The notes under the pieces: model-generated
What the model was told of the DNA's origin: nothing
What the model saw: only the letters and a program-made list of their open reading frames with translations
Databases searched by the model: none
Position numbers and translations under genes: made by a program
Shown: positions 36,249-44,589 of the stretch, in pieces
Layout of the letters: each line of letters opens with the position of its first letter
Numbering within the stretch: position 1 is the stretch's first letter
Assembly: GCA_964347265.1 (NCBI GenBank)
Contig: CAYFXV010000002.1
Coordinates: 22,821 to 67,534, forward strand
Reading direction: 5' to 3'
Source: an uncultured archaeon
Lineage (GTDB): Archaea > Aenigmatarchaeota > Aenigmatarchaeia > Aenigmatarchaeales > Aenigmatarchaeaceae
Length of the DNA stretch: 44,714 nucleotides

Positions 36249-36401
36249 ATGTGTTTAGTGCAAAAAGGAAAAGTTCTTGAAATAAAAGATAAAAATGCTA
36301 TTGTTCTTGTTAATGGAAGAAAAAGAGAAGTTAGAGTTGAAGATGAAGTAGAAATTGGAGATGAAATTAAAGTTTTTCAGAGTTTAGGATTTAAAAAATA
36401 A
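36249..36401 (+). CDS. hypC: Minimal HypC/HupF-family maturation chaperone (50 aa, not in ORF track)
   Basis: MCLVQKGKVLEIKDKNAIVLVNGRKREVRVEDEVEIGDEIKVFQSLGFKK*; Cys2 and OB-fold pattern. Confidence 0.75.
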   Translation: MCLVQKGKVLEIKDKNAIVLVNGRKREVRVEDEVEIGDEIKVFQSLGFKK

Positions 36402-36495
36402 TGGTAGCGGGAGTAAGATTTGAACTTACGACCTTCGGGTTATGAGCCCGACGGGCACTTCCAGCTACAATAGTTCCTGGCTGCCCTATCCCGCT
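36402..36495 (-). tRNA. Initiator tRNA-Met(CAT) with 16-nt D-loop intron and encoded CCA
   Basis: AGCGGGA TA GGGC AGCCAGGA[intron]GT GCCC G TCGGG CTCATAA CCCGA AGGTC GTAAG TTCAAAT CTTAC TCCCGCT ACCA; A1:U72 and three G-C pairs in anticodon stem. Confidence 0.95.
36459..36474 (-). other. Non-canonical tRNA intron (BHB-type) after position 20
   Basis: ACTATTGTAGCTGGAA; CCAG/CTGG 4-bp helix flanked by 3-nt bulges GAA and AAG. Confidence 0.88.
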
Positions 36496-36521
36496 ATGTT
36501 TAAATTATAAGTTATTAAAAG

Positions 36522-36529
36522 TTATATAA
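36522..36529 (-). promoter_or_regulatory. TATA box of tRNA-iMet
   Basis: TTATATAA 27-34 nt upstream of the mature 5' end. Confidence 0.55.
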
Positions 36530-36580
36530 GATTATTGTTTCTTGAATTAGCTTTATAAATAAAGAATTATAGATAAATAC

Positions 36581-36922
36581 ATGTCAAAAGGCACTGCCTA
36601 TATTTTGTCTTTAATTGCCGGGATTCTTACAATAATTAATGGAATATTTGTGCTAGTTGTTCCAGGCATTTTATCTTCAATACCAGGTACAGACATGTTA
36701 GGATGGGTTAGTGGACTATTAACAGCAATGGGTGCATGGGGAATAATTAATGGAATAATTTTGATTTACGGTGGCTACATGATTAACAAAGGTAACAAGA
36801 ACGGTGGTATAATACTTTTGATATTCAGTATAATAGGTTTGATCACAGGTGCAGGTGGATTTTTGATAGGAGCAATTTTAGGAATAATTGGCGGTATATT
36901 AGGAATAAGAGCCAAAAAGTAA
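36581..36922 (+). CDS. Gly-rich small membrane protein (DUF4064-like)
   Basis: LSLIAGIL...GIILLIFSIIGL...GGFLIGAILGIIGGIL. Confidence 0.7.
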   Translation: MSKGTAYILSLIAGILTIINGIFVLVVPGILSSIPGTDMLGWVSGLLTAMGAWGIINGIILIYGGYMINKGNKNGGIILLIFSIIGLITGAGGFLIGAILGIIGGILGIRAKK

Positions 36923-36988
36923 GACAAAAATTATATTAAAACATAGAAATTATTTTTATGTGTTTTTCTATGCATAAATAATGATATT

Positions 36989-37645
36989 ATGACAGTGATA
37001 TTAGGTATTGATGAAGCAGGAAGAGGTTCAGTTATAGGTCCTATGTTTTTGGCAGGAGTTTTAATAGATAAAAAACATGAAAATAAACTTAGAAAAATTG
37101 GAGTAAAAGACAGTAAATTATTAACCCCATTACAAAGAAAAAGCTTATATTCTCGAATAAAGAAAATTGCTAAAGATTATGTTTCTTTAAAAATTTCCGC
37201 AAAAGAGATTGATGAGTTAAGAAAAACTACAAATCTGAACAAAATAGAAGCAGAAAAAATGGCTCAGATCATAAAAACTATGAAGGCCGACATAGCTTAT
37301 GTTGATGCTCCTCAAGCTTCAACAGAGAAATTTAAAAGAATTCTTCTAGCATTAGCTAAAAACAATACAGAAATAGTAGCTGAAAACTATGCTGACCTGA
37401 AATTTCCTGTTTGTTCTGCAGCCTCCATAATAGCTAAATTTGAAAGAGATAGAGAAATTGAAAAAATTAAGAAAATAGTAGGGTTTGATTTTGGAGTTGG
37501 CTACAGTCATGATTCTAGAAGTATTGAATTTGTTAAAAAATGCTTAAAAGAGAAAAAACATTTAGAGTTTATAAGACATTCCTGGATAACTGTTAATAAT
37601 ATTATATCTGAAAAAGAGCAGAAAACATTAAAAGAATACAAGTAA
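36989..37645 (+). CDS. rnhB: Ribonuclease HII
   Basis: GIDEAGRGSVIGP, GVKDSK, YVDA, SAASIIAK, RHSW. Confidence 0.96.
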   Translation: MTVILGIDEAGRGSVIGPMFLAGVLIDKKHENKLRKIGVKDSKLLTPLQRKSLYSRIKKIAKDYVSLKISAKEIDELRKTTNLNKIEAEKMAQIIKTMKADIAYVDAPQASTEKFKRILLALAKNNTEIVAENYADLKFPVCSAASIIAKFERDREIEKIKKIVGFDFGVGYSHDSRSIEFVKKCLKEKKHLEFIRHSWITVNNIISEKEQKTLKEYK

Positions 37646-37706
37646 TTCATTCCTAAATCTTTAAGAATTTATATATTAGTAGATTTAATAGAATAAGGAG
37701 GATAAC

Positions 37707-37994
37707 ATGAAAAAAGGAAACAAATCAATGATAGTTTACATAATAATTGGAATAATTGTAGGCTATTTAAGTCAATTAGGAAGAGATTTATATGGAGAAC
37801 AAGGAAACTACATTGCAGTAAGTTTAGCATTGATATTTCTAGTAATAACTGCTGAGCTTAATAAAAAAGCATTTAATATAAAAGAAAAGTTTAAATGGTT
37901 TATGTCTAATGGTGGCTGGATTTATTTGTTGGTATGGTTCATAACATGGATAATTTTCTTTAATAAAGAATTATTAGTTTATTTGGGTGTTTAA
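37707..37994 (+). CDS. 3-TM membrane protein, archaeal EMC6-like
   Basis: GGAGG RBS; three TMs ending KWFMSNGGWIYLLVWFITWIIFFN. Confidence 0.5.
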   Translation: MKKGNKSMIVYIIIGIIVGYLSQLGRDLYGEQGNYIAVSLALIFLVITAELNKKAFNIKEKFKWFMSNGGWIYLLVWFITWIIFFNKELLVYLGV

Positions 37995-39332
37995 ATGGAA
38001 AATTTAGGAGATTGGCAAAGAACTCATTATTCTAATGAAGTAAGTCCAGAAATGGATAAAAAAGAAGTTATTGTTATGGGATGGATAAGAGAATTGAGGA
38101 ATATAGGAAAGTTAAAATTCATTAAATTAGCAGATAGAGAAGGTTTCATTCAAATAACTGCTAAGAAAGGAGAAGTAGTACCCGAACTAATAGAAAAAAT
38201 TGAAGGTTTTGGAAGAGAGGATGTTATAGCTGTCAAAGGTTTTGTTAAAGAAAATGAAGAGGCTTCTGGAGGAAGAGAAATAATACCAATTGAAATAAAG
38301 TTAATTAACAAAGCTGAAAAGCCATTACCATTAGAAATAGAAACCAAGAAAACTCCTGCTTTGTTAGATACTAGATTAGATCAACGACCCTTAGATTTAA
38401 GGAAACCTGAAAATCAAGCTATATTTAAGATTCAATCAAAACTTGTTGAAGGAATGCAAAATTTCTTAATTAAAAAAGGATTTTTACAAGTTTTCACCCC
38501 ATGTCTAATTGGGGGAGCATCTGAAGGAGGTGCTGATGTTTTTGCTGTTCCTTATTTTGATGGAGAATCATTCCTTAGACAAGATCCACAATTGCATAGA
38601 GAGTTAATTATTATATCAGGATTTGACAAGATATTTGATCTAGGTCCCAATTGGAGAGCAGAAAAATCTCACACAACTTTTCACTTATGTGAGCATAGAG
38701 GATTGGCTCCAGAAATAAGCTTTATAATTAATGAAACAGACACAATGAGACTAGAAGAGCAAGTAATTGTTGAAGGTGTAGAGTTTGTATTGAAAAAATG
38801 TAAATATGAATTAGAGATATTAAACAAAAAAATAACTGTACCAAAAACACCTTTTCCAGAACTAAGATTTCCTGAAATTTATAAGATTTTAAGAAAATTA
38901 GGTTTTAAGATTAAAGAAGGAGATGATTTAAACAGAGAAGCTGAAAATCTTCTTGCTGAATATGTTAGAGAAGAGTATGACAGTGATTTCTTTTTCATAA
39001 ATAGATTTCCTTTTGCTATAAAACCATTTTATGTTATGAGAGCTGATAAAGGGCCTAAATATGCGAGAAGTGTTGATTTGGTATACAAAGGATTAGAGAT
39101 GTCTTCAGGAGGGCAAAGAGAACATAGATATAAAGAATTAATCAAAAACATAAAAGAAAAGAAATTAAATTTAAATAATTTTAAATGGTTTACTGAATTC
39201 TTTAAATATGGTGCTCCCCCAATGGGAGGTTTTTGTTTAGGAATAGAAAGATTTACCATGAAACTCTTAAATCTGAAAAATATTAGAGAAGCTGTTTTGT
39301 TTGCTAGAGATCCCGAGCGTCTTTTACCATAA
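37995..39332 (+). CDS. aspS: Aspartyl-tRNA synthetase, archaeal type
   Basis: RTHYS, TRLDQRPLDLR, SEGGA, WRAEKS, SSGGQREH, GIERF; 445 aa with no bacterial insertion domain. Confidence 0.95.
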   Translation: MENLGDWQRTHYSNEVSPEMDKKEVIVMGWIRELRNIGKLKFIKLADREGFIQITAKKGEVVPELIEKIEGFGREDVIAVKGFVKENEEASGGREIIPIEIKLINKAEKPLPLEIETKKTPALLDTRLDQRPLDLRKPENQAIFKIQSKLVEGMQNFLIKKGFLQVFTPCLIGGASEGGADVFAVPYFDGESFLRQDPQLHRELIIISGFDKIFDLGPNWRAEKSHTTFHLCEHRGLAPEISFIINETDTMRLEEQVIVEGVEFVLKKCKYELEILNKKITVPKTPFPELRFPEIYKILRKLGFKIKEGDDLNREAENLLAEYVREEYDSDFFFINRFPFAIKPFYVMRADKGPKYARSVDLVYKGLEMSSGGQREHRYKELIKNIKEKKLNLNNFKWFTEFFKYGAPPMGGFCLGIERFTMKLLNLKNIREAVLFARDPERLLP

Positions 39333-39342
39333 AGTTGATATA

Positions 39343-39516
39343 ATGTCTTGGATTATAAACAATAGAAAATGCATGCGATGCGGAGGTTGTGTTTCTGTAT
39401 GTCCCTTTGGAGCTTTAAAACTTAAAGAGCATATAATTATTGATAAAGAATTATGTAATTTATGTGGTATTTGTGAAAGGGTTTGTCCTATAAACGCGAT
39501 TAAGGTGGAAAAATGA
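39343..39516 (+). CDS. 2x[4Fe-4S] ferredoxin
   Basis: CMRCGGCVSVCP and CNLCGICERVCP; start 39343. Confidence 0.92.
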   Translation: MSWIINNRKCMRCGGCVSVCPFGALKLKEHIIIDKELCNLCGICERVCPINAIKVEK

Positions 39517-39785
39517 CCAGTTTACTAGAATTTTTTTATGACGGTAGAAAAATATTTATGGCTTTAATATTAGGTCTTCTTTTTTTAATTGTTTTTTTTG
39601 TTTTAAAACAAGAAATAATCCCCTATAATGTATTCTTTTCTTTATTTTCAAAATATTTTGAAGAATTACACCCAATCTCATTTTTAATTTTTTATTATTT
39701 TATAGTGGCTTACATTATTTCAAGTTTAATAATTGTAGTTTATGATTTAATAATAATATTTATAAAAAGGAGACGAAAAAAATGA
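39513..39785 (+). CDS. Small 2-TM membrane protein
   Basis: ATGA overlaps on both sides; hydrophobic. Confidence 0.6.
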   Translation: MTSLLEFFYDGRKIFMALILGLLFLIVFFVLKQEIIPYNVFFSLFSKYFEELHPISFLIFYYFIVAYIISSLIIVVYDLIIIFIKRRRKK

Positions 39786-40951
39786 GTGAGAATTGGGATG
39801 TGATAATAATAGGAGCGGGACCATCAGGAACTACTTGTGCAAAGAAACTAGTAGAAAATGGATTTTCCGTTAAAATTTATGATAGAAGACAGGAAATAGG
39901 CTCTCCAAAAAGGTGTGGAGAAGGTTTAAGTGAAAGTATACAGAATTTGATAGGAAAGATTCCTGATAGATGTATTGCACAAAAAATTAAAGGCGCTAGA
40001 GTCTATGCTCCAAATGGAAAATATCTTGAAGCTGTTTTAGAACGTGGAGGTTTTATTCTTGAGAGAAAAGTTTTTGATAAATGGTTAGCAGAAAGAGCTG
40101 TAAAGGCTGGAGTAGAAATTCAATCGAACTCCTTTATTTCAAGTTTAATAAAGCATGATGGTTACTTTGCTGGTGTTAAAGGAGAATTTCTTGGAGAAGA
40201 ATTCGAAGAAAAAGCTAAAATGATTGTTTGTGCGACTGGAGCAGAATCTCCTTTAAGAAAACAAGCATTAGGAATTTTCTCTAAACTAGATCTTATTGAT
40301 TCTTGTTTACAATATGAAATGTCTGGAATAGATATTGATCCAGATTTTATTCATATTTATGTAGGAAATGAGATAGCTCCTAGAGGTTACATCTGGGTCT
40401 TTCCTAAAGGCATTAATAGAGCTAATATAGGAGTTGGAATAATACCTGGAGAAAAAACTCCAAAATTTTATTTAGAAAAATTTGTTAATTCTCAACTTGA
40501 AATAAAGAAAGGTTCAATAATAGAGGTTAATGCTGGTTGTGTTCCTGTTGGTGGGATGGAAAAGGACATGGTTACCAATGGACTTTTAGCTTGTGGAGAA
40601 GCTGCTCATCATGTTAATCCTATACATGGTGGTGGTATAAAAGAGGCTGTTATTTCCGGAAAATTAGCTGCAGATGTTATTTCAGAAAGCTTGAAAAAAG
40701 GAGATGTTTCTAAAAAAGCTTTATCAAAATTCAATAAATTGTGGTGGGAAAAAAGAGGAAATCGTTTGGAAAAAGTTGAAAAGTTAAGAGAAGTTCTTGA
40801 AAAGCTTTCTGATAAAGATCTAAACGATTTAGCAGACGCATTAAAAGCTCAAGATATTATAGAATTTACTAGAGGTTCAAAACTTTCTATTCTCGCAAAG
40901 GTATTGATGAAAAAACCTAAGCTAATAGGTTTGGCTAAATATTTACTTTAA
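39782..40951 (+). CDS. Geranylgeranyl reductase family (digeranylgeranylglycerophospholipid reductase)
   Basis: GAGPSG, KRCGEG, LERKVFDKWLA, PRGYIWVFPKG, NPIHGGGI. Confidence 0.88.
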   Translation: MSENWDVIIIGAGPSGTTCAKKLVENGFSVKIYDRRQEIGSPKRCGEGLSESIQNLIGKIPDRCIAQKIKGARVYAPNGKYLEAVLERGGFILERKVFDKWLAERAVKAGVEIQSNSFISSLIKHDGYFAGVKGEFLGEEFEEKAKMIVCATGAESPLRKQALGIFSKLDLIDSCLQYEMSGIDIDPDFIHIYVGNEIAPRGYIWVFPKGINRANIGVGIIPGEKTPKFYLEKFVNSQLEIKKGSIIEVNAGCVPVGGMEKDMVTNGLLACGEAAHHVNPIHGGGIKEAVISGKLAADVISESLKKGDVSKKALSKFNKLWWEKRGNRLEKVEKLREVLEKLSDKDLNDLADALKAQDIIEFTRGSKLSILAKVLMKKPKLIGLAKYLL

Positions 40952-41578
40952 CAGAATAACTATAACACTTAAATCATCTTTATAGGGACTTAATTTCTTT
41001 TTAGTTTCTTTAATTAAAGAATTTACAATATCTTTTGATTTTTTATACTTTTTAACAATATTTAAAATTTCTTTATTTTTTAGAATATCAATTATGCCGT
41101 CTGAAGAAATTATAATATAATCTCCTTTTTGTAAGGATTTTTCATAAGAATGAACTTCAATAGATGATTGACCAATTGCTTGAGTCAAAATACCAGTCCC
41201 TCTAATACCATCAGGCATTGTTATTTCTTTTATTCTATTTTTTCTAACAATAAAAGCATAAGAATCTCCAACATGTCCAATTTTTAAAGTTTTTTCTTGT
41301 ATGAGAACAGCAGTAAGAGTTGTATGTCCTATAGTTGGATTTTTCAATTTATCCTCACAGATTTTTTTATTTGTAAAGTTAATAGCTTTCTTCAAATCAC
41401 TCTTGAAACAAGATTTCAAGTATTTAATTGCTCTTTCAGCAGCTTCCTTTCCTCCATATGGAAGAGAAACACCATCTGCAACTGCATAAAATCTTTTCTT
41501 ATTATCAATAAGGATAGCATCTTCATTCTCTAAATGGTCCTCTCCCTTCTCAGTTTTTCCAAAAGAAATCAATCTCAT
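40943..41578 (-). CDS. PP2C/PPM-family protein phosphatase
   Basis: NEDA, AVADG, HVGDS, LTQAIG, SSDG, DDLS; start likely 41578. Confidence 0.9.
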   Translation of the reverse strand: MRLISFGKTEKGEDHLENEDAILIDNKKRFYAVADGVSLPYGGKEAAERAIKYLKSCFKSDLKKAINFTNKKICEDKLKNPTIGHTTLTAVLIQEKTLKIGHVGDSYAFIVRKNRIKEITMPDGIRGTGILTQAIGQSSIEVHSYEKSLQKGDYIIISSDGIIDILKNKEILNIVKKYKKSKDIVNSLIKETKKKLSPYKDDLSVIVILLK

Positions 41579-41640
41579 ATAAATCTTTTTATTATTACAT
41601 AACAATTTCTAATATAAATATAAATTATTCTTGTGGGAAA

Positions 41641-44118
41641 ATGACGAGAATAGAAAAACTCGAAGTACAAGGCTTTAAGTCTTTTCCTAAAAAGACTTTA
41701 TTAACTTTTCCTAGCAATTTTTCTGTAGTTTGTGGGCCAAATGGCAGTGGAAAGTCAAATATACTCGATGCCATGTGTTTTGTTTTAGGAAGGACTTCTG
41801 CAAAAAGTTTAAGAGCAGACAGAATGCTAGAAATGATATTCCATGGAACAAAGAAAAGATCACCATCAGATTTCGCTAAAGTTACGCTTTGGCTTGATAA
41901 TTCTGCAAAAAAATTTCCTTTTGAAGATGATAAAATATTTATTTCCAGAAGAATAAACAAAAAAGGAATTTCTATTTACAAACTCAATGGGAGAACAGTA
42001 ACAAGAGAGACAATTCAAGAGATTTTAAGACCAGTTCTGATTAAACCAGATGGTCATAACATAATTTTGCAAGGAGATGTAACGGAAGTAATAGAGATGA
42101 GTCCAATAGAAAGAAGAGAAATAGTTGATGACATATCAGGAGTTAGGGAATTTGATGAAAAAAGAAATAAAGCACAAAGAGAACTGCTAACAGTTGAAGA
42201 AAGAATCAAAGAATCTCACATAATTCTAAATGAAAAAAGAGCAAATTTAGGAAGACTAGAGGATGAGAAAAAAGCTGCTGAGAAATATCAAAAATTAACC
42301 ATTAATTTAGATAAGTTAAGAGCATCATTAGCCAAAGAAAAATTAAAAGCTGCTGAAAAGTCAATAAAAAGACTTGATGAAAAAATAGAAAAAATAAAAT
42401 CTGGAGAAATTGACAAAGAACTAGAGAAAATTGACAAAGAACTAGACAATATTGAGAATAAGAAGAATAAAATTGCTAAAAGACTTTTTGATAGAAGCAA
42501 AGACATTGCAATAATAAAAGAAGTAGAGAGAATAAAAGCTGAGATTAGAAGAAAAAAAGACAAAATTGAAATGAATAAAAATCAAATCAGGAGAACAAAT
42601 GATATAATAAAAAGACTAGAATTTTTAAAACAAAAAGAACTAGAAGGTTCTATTAGTAAAGCAGTTAAAGATATTTTAGGTCTTGGATGGACAGGTGTTT
42701 ATGGAACAATAGCTTCTTTATCAAGGGTTTCTAAAAAGCATGAAAAAGCAATTGAAGTTGCAGCAGGTTCTCATTTAAATGATATAATTGTTTCTGATAA
42801 GGATGTTGCAATAGAGTGTGTTAGATATTTAAAGAAAAATAAAATAGGAAGGGCAAGATTCCTTCCTTTAGACAAGATAAAACCTAGAGATAGTAAAAAA
42901 TTGAAAAAATTTGTTTTTGAAGACGGGGTGGTTGGAATAGCTCTAGACTTGATAGAGTTTAACAATAAATATTATAATGCCTTTTCTTTTGTTTTTGGTA
43001 ATAGTTTGATTGTTGATGATATTTCAACAGCTAAAAGACTTGGTATTGGGAATGCAAGATTTGTTACATTAGATGGAGATTTAATAGAAAAATCAGGAGC
43101 TATTATAGGAGGTTATTACACAAGAAAGAAGGCATTCATTGGAAGAGAGGAAATAGAAAAATATTCTTCTCATAAAGTTCAACTTCAAAAAGAAATAGAA
43201 GAATCAGAGAATAATATAATAAATTTAAATAAAGAATTAGAGCAGTTTACAGCAAAAGAGAAAATAGAGAGTAAAGAACTAATAGAAATGCAAAAAAATA
43301 GAGAAAAATTAGAAGAAAGATTTGAATCATTAAGAAACAAGAGGAAGAAATTGTTTGAAGAAAAAATGTCTTATCAAGAACAGATAAATAAATTAAGAAT
43401 CAGAAAGGCAAGATTTGAAGCTGAATTAGAAAATCTAAAGCTAGAATTCGAAAATTATAAGAAAACAGAAACTTATCAATTGTCTCCAAGAGTTTTAGAA
43501 ACTAAAATCAAAGAAACAATGGATAGAATCAATGCTTTAGGAGCAATAAACATGAAAGCCTTAGAAGAATATGGAGAACAGAAAATTGTTTATGATGAAT
43601 TAAAACAAAAGGTTGATAAATTAACTGAAGAAAGAAATAAGATCTTAGAAGTAATAGCTGATATAGAAGGAAGTAGAAAAGAAGTTTTTATGAAAACTTT
43701 AGAAAGTATAAGAGAGCAGTTTAAAATTGTTTTTAGAGACTTAATGAAAGGAGAAGCTGATTTAAGGCTTTTGGGTGGTTTGGACAGCGGATTGTTAATA
43801 GAAGCTAGTGTTAAAGGAAAGAAATTAATGAACATTGACGCAATGTCTGGTGGTGAAAAGACTTTAACTGCTTTGGCTTTTCTCTTCTCTATTCAAAGAT
43901 TTAGGCCAGCTCCATTCTATGTTCTTGATGAAATTGATGCTGCATTAGATAAACCTAATACAAAGAAAGCTGTTGAATTGATTAAAAAATATTCTGCTAA
44001 TTCTCAGTTTATTGTAATTACTCATAACGAAACTACAATTCAAGAAGCTGATTGTGTTTATGGAGTTAGCATGGAAGAAGGAGAGTCTAAATTAGTTGGA
44101 ATAAGAATGCCTAGTTAG
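41641..44118 (+). CDS. smc: Chromosome segregation protein SMC with shortened arms
   Basis: GFKSF, GPNGSGKSN, Q-loop LQGD, hinge (GVYGTIASL...GRARFLPL...VTLDGD...GAIIGG), MSGGE, LDEIDAALD, ITHN. Confidence 0.93.
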   Translation: MTRIEKLEVQGFKSFPKKTLLTFPSNFSVVCGPNGSGKSNILDAMCFVLGRTSAKSLRADRMLEMIFHGTKKRSPSDFAKVTLWLDNSAKKFPFEDDKIFISRRINKKGISIYKLNGRTVTRETIQEILRPVLIKPDGHNIILQGDVTEVIEMSPIERREIVDDISGVREFDEKRNKAQRELLTVEERIKESHIILNEKRANLGRLEDEKKAAEKYQKLTINLDKLRASLAKEKLKAAEKSIKRLDEKIEKIKSGEIDKELEKIDKELDNIENKKNKIAKRLFDRSKDIAIIKEVERIKAEIRRKKDKIEMNKNQIRRTNDIIKRLEFLKQKELEGSISKAVKDILGLGWTGVYGTIASLSRVSKKHEKAIEVAAGSHLNDIIVSDKDVAIECVRYLKKNKIGRARFLPLDKIKPRDSKKLKKFVFEDGVVGIALDLIEFNNKYYNAFSFVFGNSLIVDDISTAKRLGIGNARFVTLDGDLIEKSGAIIGGYYTRKKAFIGREEIEKYSSHKVQLQKEIEESENNIINLNKELEQFTAKEKIESKELIEMQKNREKLEERFESLRNKRKKLFEEKMSYQEQINKLRIRKARFEAELENLKLEFENYKKTETYQLSPRVLETKIKETMDRINALGAINMKALEEYGEQKIVYDELKQKVDKLTEERNKILEVIADIEGSRKEVFMKTLESIREQFKIVFRDLMKGEADLRLLGGLDSGLLIEASVKGKKLMNIDAMSGGEKTLTALAFLFSIQRFRPAPFYVLDEIDAALDKPNTKKAVELIKKYSANSQFIVITHNETTIQEADCVYGVSMEEGESKLVGIRMPS

Positions 44119-44531
44119 TCTTTATATTGTGGAAATCCAAAAAGGTCATTAACCTCTCTAATAATTTCAATAGCTTCCTTTCGTTTAAGATGTGAAAGTG
44201 GAAATCTAATCTTTTTATTTAATTCTAAATCTTTGAGAAACTTTTCTTCTACTCCTTCACGTACATATGTTGTATCAGTTTTTTCAAGTATTTTTTCAAA
44301 TTCTCTTTTTTGTTTTCTAGTTAATTCTGGTAATATGTATGTAGCTTCTACAAATGTTTCAAGAATTTGTTCCCCATTTTTCCCTTTTTCAACAGGCCAA
44401 AATCTTATTTTATATTCAGCTTTACCAGTTATTTTTCTTTTTTTTGTTTTTCCAAGCTTTTCTATTCTCCAATATATTTTTGGTACAGTGCTTGGATTTT
44501 TTAAGAATTCTTCAAATACCCTCATTGCCAT
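44115..44531 (-). CDS. Hypothetical protein
   Basis: 138-aa ORF convergent with smc. Confidence 0.6.
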   Translation of the reverse strand: MAMRVFEEFLKNPSTVPKIYWRIEKLGKTKKRKITGKAEYKIRFWPVEKGKNGEQILETFVEATYILPELTRKQKREFEKILEKTDTTYVREGVEEKFLKDLELNKKIRFPLSHLKRKEAIEIIREVNDLFGFPQYKD

Positions 44532-44589
44532 AATATCAAATAAAAATAGAATAATAAAGTATTTAAATATTTACTTATGAGTGGTTAAA

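Noticed and set aside
36459..36474. tRNA pseudogene with random insertion
   Set aside because: Insertion forms a BHB-type motif whose predicted cuts regenerate a canonical D-loop; all stems pair.
22718..36495. Genomic island integrated at the tRNA 3' end (hypC stop abuts the CCA)
   Set aside because: No integrase and no second copy of the tRNA 3' sequence found by eye.
41641..44118. Rad50, or Wadjet/Lamassu-type SMC defence protein
   Set aside because: Globular SMC hinge rather than a zinc hook, and no mre11, jet or effector neighbours.
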